Assembly (NCBI GenBank): GCA_947627975.1
Contig: CANQYB010000004.1
Span: 1 to 53,196, forward strand
Direction of reading: 5' to 3'
DNA from: an uncultured Bacilli bacterium
GTDB taxonomy: Bacteria; Bacillota_I; Bacilli_A; RF39; UBA660
DNA length: 53,196 bases
The notes under the pieces were generated by a model, which was not told the origin of the DNA, did not search any database, and saw only the letters and a program-made list of their open reading frames with translations. This document shows, one piece after another, positions 26,684 to 35,766 of the stretch. The first letter of the stretch is position 1. The number at the start of each line of letters is the position of its first letter. The position numbers and the translations under genes are program-made.

Positions 26684-27466
26684 TTATTTTTTGAAAACTA
26701 TTGATAACAATTTATAATCATTATTAATTATTTTATACTTTATTTTTAAAGATGCATATTTATTATTATATTCTAATATATCAGGAGAATATAAATTTTT
26801 TAAATCATCATAGTTAACTGTATTATCTTTGTTTAATGAAGTTAAAAAATCAATATTTAAAGTATATATATTACTTTTTTCATTTAATTCCAAACTTTTT
26901 GTTTTTAAAATAAATTCTGAATTATTAAAATTTTCAACATAACTTCCATAAATATTATTATTTTTAATAATTATTCCATTATATATATTTCCAGATAACA
27001 ATTTTTGATCATTAAGTTTGCTAGATAATATTTTTTCATAATATAATTTAAACTCATCATAATTTATATAAACTTTGCCTTGTCTATCTTGGTCCAAATC
27101 ATCTTTATTCCAAACTATTTTATCATAATATGAAGTATCTTTTAAAATATTTTGCCATGCAATTTCAAATTTATTTTTTTCTTCATTTAATAAATTTGTA
27201 TCATAATCGATATTTAAACTTTCAAAATTTAATATTATTCTCAAAGGATTTTGTATATTATTTATAAGTTTTTGATTTATATCTTTTTTATCTTGAATGC
27301 TTAAATTAATATTTTTTATATCTTCTTTTTGAATATTGGCATTGTATTTTGTAGTTCCTACTTTTAAAAATTTTTTATAAAATTTATTACCAGCAAATAT
27401 CAATAATAAAATAATTATCATGAGCAGAGTAATTGTCGCAATTTTATTAGATTTTGATATTTGCAT
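26684..27466 (-). CDS. Membrane-anchored hypothetical protein (260 aa)
   Basis: N-terminal TM segment (IATITLLMIIILLLIFAG) and an Asn/Lys-rich extracytoplasmic domain. No recognised motif. Confidence 0.55.
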   Translation of the reverse strand: MQISKSNKIATITLLMIIILLLIFAGNKFYKKFLKVGTTKYNANIQKEDIKNINLSIQDKKDINQKLINNIQNPLRIILNFESLNIDYDTNLLNEEKNKFEIAWQNILKDTSYYDKIVWNKDDLDQDRQGKVYINYDEFKLYYEKILSSKLNDQKLLSGNIYNGIIIKNNNIYGSYVENFNNSEFILKTKSLELNEKSNIYTLNIDFLTSLNKDNTVNYDDLKNLYSPDILEYNNKYASLKIKYKIINNDYKLLSIVFKK

Positions 27467-27561
27467 AAAAATACCTTCTTTCTATTTTTATTATATCAAA
27501 AATTCTATTAATTAATTAATTTAAGCAAAATTTAATTAAATTTTTACATTTATTTAACACT

Positions 27562-27587
27562 AAAAAAAATAATCATTAAATGATTAT
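27562..27587 (-). terminator. Terminator after rpmF
   Basis: ATAATCAT-TTA-ATGATTAT (27569-27587) followed by U7-8. The 5-prime arm includes the rpmF stop codon. Confidence 0.55.
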
Positions 27588-27835
27588 TTTTCCTCTGATT
27601 TAATTTCGTCTTTTTTATCTTTTTTAGATACTTTTTTTGATTCAACCTCTTTATTTTCTTTTTCAAGTTTTAAAATGTCTTCATTTTTATAATAACCACA
27701 TTTTGCACAAACTCTATGAGGTTTAATTGAAGCTCCACATTTTGGACATAAAGATATAGTTGGAGCACTCTTTTTTAAATGAGTACGACGCATTCTTTTT
27801 TTTGTTTTACTTGTTCTTCTAAATGGAACTGCCAT
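27584..27835 (-). CDS. rpmF: 50S ribosomal protein L32 (zinc-ribbon form) with a Lys/Glu-rich C-terminal extension
   Basis: MAVPFRRTSKTKKRMRRTH, CPKCG...CAKCG. It is 83 aa versus about 57-60 typical. Confidence 0.93.
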   Translation of the reverse strand: MAVPFRRTSKTKKRMRRTHLKKSAPTISLCPKCGASIKPHRVCAKCGYYKNEDILKLEKENKEVESKKVSKKDKKDEIKSEEK

Positions 27836-27836
27836 A

Positions 27837-28304
27837 TTAATTCTCCTTTCCGTCTTTAAATAGCTCTTTTAAAGGAGCCATTCTATCATCATTTTTTCTT
27901 TTATGATCTGTTAATTCCCATCCGTCTCCTGATAATTCTATTTTTTCATTTTCATCTTTAACAATTCGTATAGGAATTTCCAATACAATATTTTCCCATA
28001 AAAGTGATTGTAAATCAAGAATATTTTCATAATTTTTTAAAAATTGCGTAATTTCATTTTTATTTTCATCTATTTCAAATGAAAAATTATAAGAAATATT
28101 TTCCAAAGTTCTACTGTCTGGTAAAATCATTTCCCCTTGTACTTCTAAATATATATTATATTCATCAGTTATATAACCATTTACTTCAAGATTATTAATT
28201 TTTTTTATTTCTGTTTCATTATATAAAGATAAATCTATATCATAAGTGCCATTAATATCTATTCTTTTTTTATTTAGTTTTAATTTACTAATATCTATGT
28301 TCAT
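27837..28304 (-). CDS. yceD: YceD/DUF177-family protein (large-subunit accumulation factor)
   Basis: 155 aa, acidic, located 1 nt upstream of rpmF (the conserved yceD-rpmF pair). The call rests mainly on position and size. Confidence 0.65.
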   Translation of the reverse strand: MNIDISKLKLNKKRIDINGTYDIDLSLYNETEIKKINNLEVNGYITDEYNIYLEVQGEMILPDSRTLENISYNFSFEIDENKNEITQFLKNYENILDLQSLLWENIVLEIPIRIVKDENEKIELSGDGWELTDHKRKNDDRMAPLKELFKDGKEN

Positions 28305-28382
28305 AATTCACCTTCCCTTACATTTTACAATAAATTTTTATAAATTAAAATAAAAATTTAATTTAATTTATAAACATAAGGT

Positions 28383-28414
28383 TAAAAATAGAAAGTAGTT
28401 TTATTACTTTCTAT
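28383..28414 (-). terminator. Terminator after typA
   Basis: A 10-bp stem ATAGAAAGTA / TACTTTCTAT (28388-28414), a 7-nt loop overlapping the stop codon, and a U-run. Confidence 0.55.
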
Positions 28415-30215
28415 TTTGTTTATATCTTTCTTTTGGATCTAATATTTTTTTTCTTAATCTTATAGCATCAGGAGTTATTTCAACATATTCATCGCTTTCA
28501 ATAAATTCTAATGCTTCTTCTAAAGTAAAAGTACGAGGTCTTGTAAGTGTTATTGCCTCATCTGCTCCAGAAGATCTTGTATTAGTAAGATTTTTATTTT
28601 TGCAACCATTAACATCTAAGTCATTTTCTCTATTATGTATTCCAATAATCATTCCAACATAAACATCAGTAGAAGGTTCAACAAGCATTTCTCCGCGATC
28701 ACTTAAATTAAATAATGAATATCCATAAGTTGTACCATCTACCATAGATACAAGCACTCCATTTTTTCTTCCACTTATTGTTCCTGCATAAGGCTTGTAA
28801 GAATCAAAGCTTCTTAACATTATACCTTCCCCTTTTGTATTTGTTATAAAAGTATTTCTATAACCAATTAAACCTCTTGTTGGAGATAAAAATTCTAATT
28901 TAGTATATCCATCATCAGTATTAGTTACAGATTGTAGTTGAGATTTTCTATCATTTAAATCACTAATTATTGTTCCAGAAAATTCCTCTGGAGTGTTTAT
29001 TATTACTTTTTCAAAAGGTTCACATTTAACGCCATTTATTTCTTTCATTATAACCTCAGGTTTTGAAACATTTAATTCATATCCTTCTCTTCGCATATTT
29101 TCAAGTAATATAGATAAATGAAGTTCTCCTCTACCTGAAACTTTAAATCCATCATTTGTAGGTAATTCTTCAACTTCTAAACCAACATTTGTCCAAAGTT
29201 CTCTTTCGAGTCTTTCTTTTATATGGCGAGAAGTCAAAAATTTAGACTTTTTACATTTTCCAGCAAAAGGAGATGAATTAACCATAAAATTCATTGATAA
29301 TGTTGGTTTTTCGATTTCTATTTTAGGTAAAGGATCAAAAGTTCCATTTTCACAAATAGTATCACCAATAGATATATCATTACATCCTGCAACTGTTACA
29401 ATATCACCAAAATATGCTTCATTTACTTCTATTCTTTTTATTCCTTGTTCAACAAATAATTTAGAAATTTTAAAAGTAGTTTTTTCTCCATTATTTTTGA
29501 TTAATGAAACTGTTTCTCCCGATTTTATTTTACCCTTATTAATTCTACCTATTCCTAATCTTCCAATATAATCATCATAATCTAAATTAGATATTTGCAA
29601 TTGTAAATTATCATCTATATTTCCCTTAAAAGGTGGAACTTCATTTATGATAGTATCTAATAATGGAGAAATGTCTTTTCCCTCTACATTTAAGTCATTT
29701 GTACAAGTTCCATTTTTAGCTGTTCCATAAATAATTTTAAAATCTAATTGTTCATCATTAGCTCCAAGTTCCATAAATAAATCAAAACACATATCTACAA
29801 CTTGTTCAGGACGAGCATCTTTTTTGTCTATTTTATTAATAAATAAAATTGGCTTTAAATTATTTTTTAACGCCTCTTTTAAAACATATCTTGTTTGTGG
29901 CATTGGTCCTTCAGCAGAGTCAACAAGTAATACTACACTATCAACTGTTTTAATTATACGTTGTATTTCAGAAGAAAAATCTGCATGTCCAGGCGTATCT
30001 ACAATATTAATTTTGTAATCTTTATATTCAATTGCACAATTTTTAGCAGTTATTGTTATACCTCTTTCTCTTTCCAATGTATTTGAATCCATAATACAAT
30101 CGACAACTTGCTCATTATCTCTAAAAACTCCATTTTGTTTAAGTAAAGCATCAACTAATGTTGATTTTCCTGCATCAACATGAGCAACAACTGCAATATT
30201 AATTATTTTTTTCAT
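28404..30215 (-). CDS. typA: Translational GTPase TypA/BipA
   Basis: The start is set at MKKIINIAVVAHVDAGKST (GAGGT SD); the ORF-track start 30239 is a GTG. G motifs: AHVDAGKST, DTPGH, NKID. Confidence 0.95.
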   Translation of the reverse strand: MKKIINIAVVAHVDAGKSTLVDALLKQNGVFRDNEQVVDCIMDSNTLERERGITITAKNCAIEYKDYKINIVDTPGHADFSSEIQRIIKTVDSVVLLVDSAEGPMPQTRYVLKEALKNNLKPILFINKIDKKDARPEQVVDMCFDLFMELGANDEQLDFKIIYGTAKNGTCTNDLNVEGKDISPLLDTIINEVPPFKGNIDDNLQLQISNLDYDDYIGRLGIGRINKGKIKSGETVSLIKNNGEKTTFKISKLFVEQGIKRIEVNEAYFGDIVTVAGCNDISIGDTICENGTFDPLPKIEIEKPTLSMNFMVNSSPFAGKCKKSKFLTSRHIKERLERELWTNVGLEVEELPTNDGFKVSGRGELHLSILLENMRREGYELNVSKPEVIMKEINGVKCEPFEKVIINTPEEFSGTIISDLNDRKSQLQSVTNTDDGYTKLEFLSPTRGLIGYRNTFITNTKGEGIMLRSFDSYKPYAGTISGRKNGVLVSMVDGTTYGYSLFNLSDRGEMLVEPSTDVYVGMIIGIHNRENDLDVNGCKNKNLTNTRSSGADEAITLTRPRTFTLEEALEFIESDEYVEITPDAIRLRKKILDPKERYKQNRK

Positions 30216-30241
30216 ATAATTACCTCTATTTCTTCGCACTT

Positions 30242-30270
30242 AAAAAGGATACTACAAAAGTATCCTTTTT
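30242..30270 (-). terminator. Hairpin/terminator between the SLT gene and typA
   Basis: A perfect 12-bp inverted repeat AAAAAGGATACT / AGTATCCTTTTT with a 5-nt loop. Confidence 0.5.
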
Positions 30271-30279
30271 TCAAGTTTT

Positions 30280-31704
30280 TTATAAAATTCGATCATTTTT
30301 TTCATAACTTGAAGAAATTTTTAATGCAAATTCATTACCTTTTATATTAAATTTCAAAATAGAGTCAGGATTAATACAAGATAAAACATCTTCTACATAT
30401 TTATAATTTGCATATCCTTCAACACGATATGACAACCATCCATAATCATTTTCATTAATAACCTGTTCTATTGTTTTTAAATTGTCATTTGCATATCTAG
30501 AAACAAGATTAATAATTGCATTTGGTCCATAATTATATGCCTGTAATGCCATAATAACATTACCATTAAATTGTTGTAATAAATCTGCCATAATCATAGT
30601 ACCACATTGAATATTTCCTCTATCATCTTTTATCTTATCTAAAGTTATTTCACAAAAATCATTTTGTAAAGTTTTAACATTATATGCTTTTTTTATTTCC
30701 CCTAAATTTACATTTTGAATTTGACATAAACCAATAGATCCATTATCATTAAACTCATTACTAGATAAGCCCATACTTTCTTTAGTTATTATAGCAGCCA
30801 TTAATTGGGGATCAACCCCATAATCTTCAGAATATTCTCTTATTATATCCCCATATTTTTTTAAAATAGATTGATATAAATTATTATTTTCTTCATTTGG
30901 CAAAATAGCTATTGATTGAAAATTATCATTTTTAGAATCATAATTATCATTAGAAATATCATTATTATTAGATTTTTCTTGTTCTTTCAATAAATTTTCA
31001 TAAGCTTTTAAAATTTCTTTATTTTCATTTTTATATTGTTCTTCACTTAAATTTTTGTATTTTTCTAAATCTTCTTGGGCAACATTTTGATTTTTATAAT
31101 ATCCTTCATATTCTACATTTTTAGATATTATATGTCCTACTCCAAGAATAGTGGCAGCAGCTACTCCAATTGCTACAAATTTTATACTATCATTTGAATT
31201 TTTAGCTTTAACATCTTTTGGTTTTTTATTATTAAAAGCATTTCTAATTCTTTTACTTTCCTCATCATTAATAAATTCTTTTTTAGGGATATATTTTTCA
31301 TTTATATATCCATTTACTAAATCTTTTATTTCAAAATAATTTAATATTTTAGGAGTAGGTTCTATACAAATTTCTAAATTGTCAGAATCATAGTCTAATA
31401 TTATTTGCGCTTTATTATCTTTACCAGTTGAAATTATATTTAAATATCTTGAAATATCATCAAAAGATAAATCTGCTGGAAAAGGATTTGTATTATTATT
31501 AGATAAAAAATCAGAATCTTTTTTTATTATATATAAAGGAAATTTAATATTTTCAATTTGAAAAAATAATTTATCCAATATATTTTTACACATAAATTCC
31601 TGTGGATTATTTACAATTTTTTTTCCTTCTTTTTCATTAAAAAAATATCTTATTTCAATATTACCATTTTCTCTTTCATAGATATGAATATACTTTTTTT
31701 CCAT
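30280..31704 (-). CDS. Bitopic membrane protein with a C-terminal SLT (family 1 lytic transglycosylase) domain
   Basis: 474 aa. A cytoplasmic N-domain of about 175 aa, a TM segment (FVAIGVAAATILGVGHII), an Asn/Glu/Lys-rich linker, then SLT motifs ITKESMG (catalytic Glu-Ser), GLCQI and AYNYG. Confidence 0.75.
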   Translation of the reverse strand: MEKKYIHIYERENGNIEIRYFFNEKEGKKIVNNPQEFMCKNILDKLFFQIENIKFPLYIIKKDSDFLSNNNTNPFPADLSFDDISRYLNIISTGKDNKAQIILDYDSDNLEICIEPTPKILNYFEIKDLVNGYINEKYIPKKEFINDEESKRIRNAFNNKKPKDVKAKNSNDSIKFVAIGVAAATILGVGHIISKNVEYEGYYKNQNVAQEDLEKYKNLSEEQYKNENKEILKAYENLLKEQEKSNNNDISNDNYDSKNDNFQSIAILPNEENNNLYQSILKKYGDIIREYSEDYGVDPQLMAAIITKESMGLSSNEFNDNGSIGLCQIQNVNLGEIKKAYNVKTLQNDFCEITLDKIKDDRGNIQCGTMIMADLLQQFNGNVIMALQAYNYGPNAIINLVSRYANDNLKTIEQVINENDYGWLSYRVEGYANYKYVEDVLSCINPDSILKFNIKGNEFALKISSSYEKNDRIL

Positions 31705-31706
31705 AT

Positions 31707-31958
31707 TTACTCTCCTTTAAAAGCAACTTCAATTTTTTCGTTTAACTTTTTATTAATATAGTCAAGTTCACTAGAAGTAACATTTTCAAGTTTTAAATTA
31801 TTTTCATTATCAAAAAAATATTTTCCAGCTAATATTTCATCATCAATTTTATAAACTAAATAAGCACTATTTGTTTTTTTATTTGTAATAGTACAAATTA
31901 TTTCACAATTTTTAACTTGATTATCTTTTGTGACAATTTGAAATTTATTATCAGTCAT
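31707..31958 (-). CDS. DUF1292-family small protein (YrzB-like)
   Basis: 83 aa with the pattern of a short beta-rich N-part (CEIICTI....YLVYK), then an acidic helix (SSELDYINKKLNE). It lies 2 nt upstream of the SLT gene. Confidence 0.5.
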   Translation of the reverse strand: MTDNKFQIVTKDNQVKNCEIICTITNKKTNSAYLVYKIDDEILAGKYFFDNENNLKLENVTSSELDYINKKLNEKIEVAFKGE

Positions 31959-32051
31959 TTCTCATACCTTCTTTGCCTTATTATATCATATTATCACTTA
32001 TTATTTAAAAAAAATCTTGTAAAATGTCTAATTTATGTAAAAAGATAAGGA

Positions 32052-32080
32052 TTGTTTTTAAGAATAAATTTTGCTATACT
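32052..32080 (+). promoter_or_regulatory. Promoter of the plus-strand cysteine desulfurase gene
   Basis: TTGTTT (32052-57) - 17 nt - TGC-TATACT (32075-80), then GGTGAT-N5-ATG. Confidence 0.45.
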
Positions 32081-32097
32081 TTTTATGGTGATTAATA

Positions 32098-33228
32098 ATG
32101 ATTTATTTAGATTATTCAGCAACAACTCCCGTACTTCATGATGTCCTTGATTCCTATATTAAAACGAGTAAAAATTTTATTGGCAATGTAAATTCTATTC
32201 ATCTTCTTGGCACTAAATCTAAAGATTTAATGATAAATGCCAAAAGACAAATAGGAGAACTATTAAATGTTAATGATAAAAATATTATATTCACCTCAGG
32301 TGCAACGGAAGCCAATAATATAGCTTTAATATCATCTTTAAAAGCATTAAATAAAAAAGGAGAAATAATTGTATCAAAGTTAGAACATCCAAGTATATAC
32401 GAAATATGTAAATATTTAGAAAAAATAGGAAATAAAATTATATTTGTTGAAAATACCAGCGAAGGAGTAATTGATTTTGAAGATTTAAAAAATAAAGTAA
32501 ATGAAAATACTTTACTTGTTTCAATTTGTTGTGTTAATTCAGAAATAGGTATTAGACAACCCTTAAAAACAATTAGACAAATAATAAAAAAAGAAAATAA
32601 AAATGTAATATTTCATAGTGATTTTACTCAAGCACTTGGCAAAGTTCCAGTTAATTTTAATGATGTTGATTTAGCTACTGCCACAGCTCATAAAATTTAT
32701 GGACCAAAAGGTATTGGTCTACTTTATAAGAATGAAAATATAAAACTCGCCCCATATATTTATGGAACTGACAAGTTTAATAATTTTATACCAGGTACTC
32801 CACCCTTACCATTAATTGTGTCTTTTTCTAAAGCTTTAAGACTTGCATTAAAAGATTTAACTAAAAAAGAAGAATATGTAAAAAAATTAAATTTAAAAAT
32901 AATTGATCATATAAAAAATTTCGATAATATAAAAATAAATCAAACAAAATATTCTATACCCCACATTTTAAATATAACATTAGAATCAATAAAATCTGAA
33001 ACTTTTGTCCATGCTTTAGAAGAAAAAGATATATATTTATCGACAACTACTGCATGTTCAAAAGGAAATGAAAGTACATCAGTTTTAGCTTTATACAAGG
33101 ATAAAAAAAGAGCTTCATCAACCATTAGAATATCTTTATCTTATTTAACAACCAATGAAGAAATAAAAAAATTCTTAATTTGTTTTGATGATATTTATGA
33201 AAAATTAAATAATTTAAAAAATATATAA
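32098..33228 (+). CDS. Cysteine desulfurase, class I (NifS/IscS-like)
   Basis: 376 aa with IYLDYSATTP, SGATEANN, HSDFTQALGK, the PLP Lys in TAHKIYGPKGIG and the active-site loop TTTACSKG. It is the only plus-strand gene in the window. Confidence 0.88.
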   Translation: MIYLDYSATTPVLHDVLDSYIKTSKNFIGNVNSIHLLGTKSKDLMINAKRQIGELLNVNDKNIIFTSGATEANNIALISSLKALNKKGEIIVSKLEHPSIYEICKYLEKIGNKIIFVENTSEGVIDFEDLKNKVNENTLLVSICCVNSEIGIRQPLKTIRQIIKKENKNVIFHSDFTQALGKVPVNFNDVDLATATAHKIYGPKGIGLLYKNENIKLAPYIYGTDKFNNFIPGTPPLPLIVSFSKALRLALKDLTKKEEYVKKLNLKIIDHIKNFDNIKINQTKYSIPHILNITLESIKSETFVHALEEKDIYLSTTTACSKGNESTSVLALYKDKKRASSTIRISLSYLTTNEEIKKFLICFDDIYEKLNNLKNI

Positions 33229-33256
33229 AATCATGTTTTAAAAAAAACATGATTTT
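33227..33256. terminator. Bidirectional terminator between the convergent desulfurase gene and thrS
   Basis: A perfect 13-bp inverted repeat AAAATCATGTTTT-AAAA-AAAACATGATTTT touching both stop codons. Confidence 0.6.
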
Positions 33257-35022
33257 TATTTATATTCAATATCTTTATTAATTATTGATTTTATTATTTT
33301 ATCGATAAATTCATCAGTATTTAAAGTAATCGTTTCTGTTTTTCCAAATATTCTATAACTTATATTTTTACTTTCTTTTTCTTTATCTCCTAAAATTATA
33401 GTATATGGTATTTTTCTAGTTTGACTTTCACGTATCTTATAGCTTAGTTTTTCATTTCTATCATCTAATTCCACTCTGATATTTTTTTCTTTAAGTAAAT
33501 TGTAAATATCATTAGCATATTCTAAATGATAAGTATTATTAACAGGAATAATATTAACTTGTACAGGCGTTACCCATAGAGGAAAAATTCCCTTAGTTTC
33601 TTCAATTAAAAACGCTGTAAATCTATCAAATGTTCCAAATATTGCTCGATGCAAAACAACAGGAATTTCTTTTTCCCCATTTTTGTCTATATAAGATAGA
33701 TCAAACTTTCTTGGAAGTAAAAAATCTAACTGACAAGTTGATAATGTAATTTCTGGACCAATAGCTGGTTTTACTTCTACATCAAGTTTTGGACCATAAA
33801 AAGCTGCTTCGCCAATAGCTTCAAAATAATCTACTTTTAAATTATTTAAAACCTCTCTTAATTTTGATTCAGCAACATCCCACATTTTATCATCATCAAA
33901 GTATTTTTCTTTGTCTTTAGGATCTCTTAAAGACAATCTAAATTTGTAATTTGTTATACCAAAATCTTTGTAAACATCTAAAATTAAATTTACAACATTT
34001 TCAAACTCTTTACCAATTTGTTCTGGTGTAACAAAAAGATGAGCATCATTTTGACACATACATCTAACTCTTTCTAATCCTTTAACAGCTCCTGATGCTT
34101 CATATCTAAAATCAGTAGCAAATTCCCCTATTCTTATTGGTAATTCTCTATAAGAATGTAACTTATTTTTAAATATTAACATATGGTGAGGACAATTCAT
34201 TGGTCTTAAAACAAATTCTTCATCATCAACTTTCATTACTGGAAACATATTTTCTTTATAATGATCCCAATGGCCAGAAGTTTTATAAAGATTAGTTGTG
34301 CCAATACATGGGGTATAAACATGTTTATAACCCATTTTTTGTTCTTTTTCATAAATATAATTTTCTAATTGTTTACGAATAAATGCTCCATTTGGTAACC
34401 ATAAAGGCATTCCAGAGCCAACAAGTTCATGAGACATAAAAAGTTCTTGATCTTTACCAATTTTTCGATGATCTCTTTGTTTTCTATCTTCTAATTCTTC
34501 TAAATATTTTTGTAAATCTTCTTCATTTTCAAAACATACACCATATATTCTTTGTAACATTTTATTTTTGGCATCATTTTTCCAATAAGCCCCACTAAAT
34601 TTAAGCAGTTTGAAATGTTTTAATAGTTTCACTGATTCTACATGAGGTCCTCGACATAAATCAGTAAAATCACCTTGAGTATAACAAGAAATAACCTGTT
34701 CATTTTCATCCATTCTTGATATTAAATCTAATTTATATTCATCATCTTTAAACATTTCTAAAGCTTCTTTTTTAGAAAGTTCATGACGTACTATTCTTTT
34801 GCCATCTTTAGCAATTTTTTTCATTTCTTTTTCTATTTTATTAAGATCTTCATCTTTTATTACTTTATCGCCTAAATCAATATCATAATAAAATCCATCT
34901 TCTATAACTGGCCCAACCCAAAATTTAGCTTGAGGATATAAATGTTTTACAGCTTGAGCAAGTAAATGAGCACAAGAATGATTTAAAGTATTTAACTTTT
35001 CACTTTCTTTTATATTAATCAT
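33256..35022 (-). CDS. thrS: Threonine--tRNA ligase lacking the N-terminal TGS domain
   Basis: 588 aa. The editing-domain motif [11 protein letters not shown] sits at residues 15-25 (about residue 73 in full-length enzymes). Class II core ([22 protein letters not shown]) and anticodon-binding C-terminus. AAGGAG SD. Confidence 0.95.
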   Translation of the reverse strand: MINIKESEKLNTLNHSCAHLLAQAVKHLYPQAKFWVGPVIEDGFYYDIDLGDKVIKDEDLNKIEKEMKKIAKDGKRIVRHELSKKEALEMFKDDEYKLDLISRMDENEQVISCYTQGDFTDLCRGPHVESVKLLKHFKLLKFSGAYWKNDAKNKMLQRIYGVCFENEEDLQKYLEELEDRKQRDHRKIGKDQELFMSHELVGSGMPLWLPNGAFIRKQLENYIYEKEQKMGYKHVYTPCIGTTNLYKTSGHWDHYKENMFPVMKVDDEEFVLRPMNCPHHMLIFKNKLHSYRELPIRIGEFATDFRYEASGAVKGLERVRCMCQNDAHLFVTPEQIGKEFENVVNLILDVYKDFGITNYKFRLSLRDPKDKEKYFDDDKMWDVAESKLREVLNNLKVDYFEAIGEAAFYGPKLDVEVKPAIGPEITLSTCQLDFLLPRKFDLSYIDKNGEKEIPVVLHRAIFGTFDRFTAFLIEETKGIFPLWVTPVQVNIIPVNNTYHLEYANDIYNLLKEKNIRVELDDRNEKLSYKIRESQTRKIPYTIILGDKEKESKNISYRIFGKTETITLNTDEFIDKIIKSIINKDIEYK

Positions 35023-35038
35023 AATATTCTCCTTTTTA

Positions 35039-35509
35039 TTATTTATGAACTTTTCTATATTGTAACTCTTTTTTAATATTTCTTAATGTATTATCAAATT
35101 TTCCACTAATTCTTCTTTGATCCTTAGTTAATTTCTCTCGCAAATTAATTAATTCATAATAATTTAATTCACGTATTTTTTCAGGACTTAAATCAATAAA
35201 TTCATCAACTTCTTTTAAAATATCATCAAAAGAAGAAGTTGATTCATCTTCATAATATATATTATTTAATAAAGATCTTTCAATTTTATAATATAATACA
35301 TTTTTTCTTGAGTCTATTACGGGAATTATTTTACCACAAGCTAAATTTTCATAAAAATTTTCATCGTCCATAGATGCAACTTCTAAACCATCATAATGAT
35401 TAATGACATCTTTATGAAGCATATATCTTGTTTTATTTCCACTAATACCATAAAATTGTTTTAAAAATTTCATCAATGTAATATTTTTTTCTTTTTTGTT
35501 TTTTTTCAT
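35039..35509 (-). CDS. Hypothetical 156-aa cytoplasmic protein located between the Thr T-box and thrS
   Basis: AAGGAG SD and ATG lie directly after the T-box terminator U-run. The stop is 16 nt before the thrS start. Basic N-terminus, acidic middle and helical C-terminus. No recognised family. Confidence 0.65.
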   Translation of the reverse strand: MKKNKKEKNITLMKFLKQFYGISGNKTRYMLHKDVINHYDGLEVASMDDENFYENLACGKIIPVIDSRKNVLYYKIERSLLNNIYYEDESTSSFDDILKEVDEFIDLSPEKIRELNYYELINLREKLTKDQRRISGKFDNTLRNIKKELQYRKVHK

Positions 35510-35520
35510 TATTGTTACTC

Positions 35521-35730
35521 CTTAAAAAATAAAACACTCCTAATATAGGAGTGTTAATTAACACGGTACCATCCTATGGTTTAACTTAATTTATATAACG
35601 GTTTTAACCGGAGGATAATTAATCCTCAAATCATAGGTAGTAATTAATATCTTAATTTATTAGTTTTCACCAACCACTAACTCTCTTTAAAATCAACAAT
35701 ATTAATCATGTCCTAATCAACTTTTTATAT
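35521..35730 (-). promoter_or_regulatory. T-box riboswitch leader, Thr specifier (ACU/ACC)
   Basis: The minus strand has AAAGAGAG, GGUGAAA, ACUACC in the specifier region (35636-35641), the T-box motif GGAUGGUACCGUG (35562-35574), and the terminator AACACUCCUA-UAU-UAGGAGUGUU (35533-35555) followed by a U-run. Confidence 0.88.
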
Positions 35731-35734
35731 ACTT

Positions 35735-35762
35735 ATTTTAACACTTTAATTTTTTTTGTCAA
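35735..35762 (-). promoter_or_regulatory. Promoter of the Thr T-box leader (extended -10)
   Basis: TTGACA (35757-62) - 16 nt - TGT-TAAAAT (35735-40). Confidence 0.5.
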
Positions 35763-35766
35763 TTAA

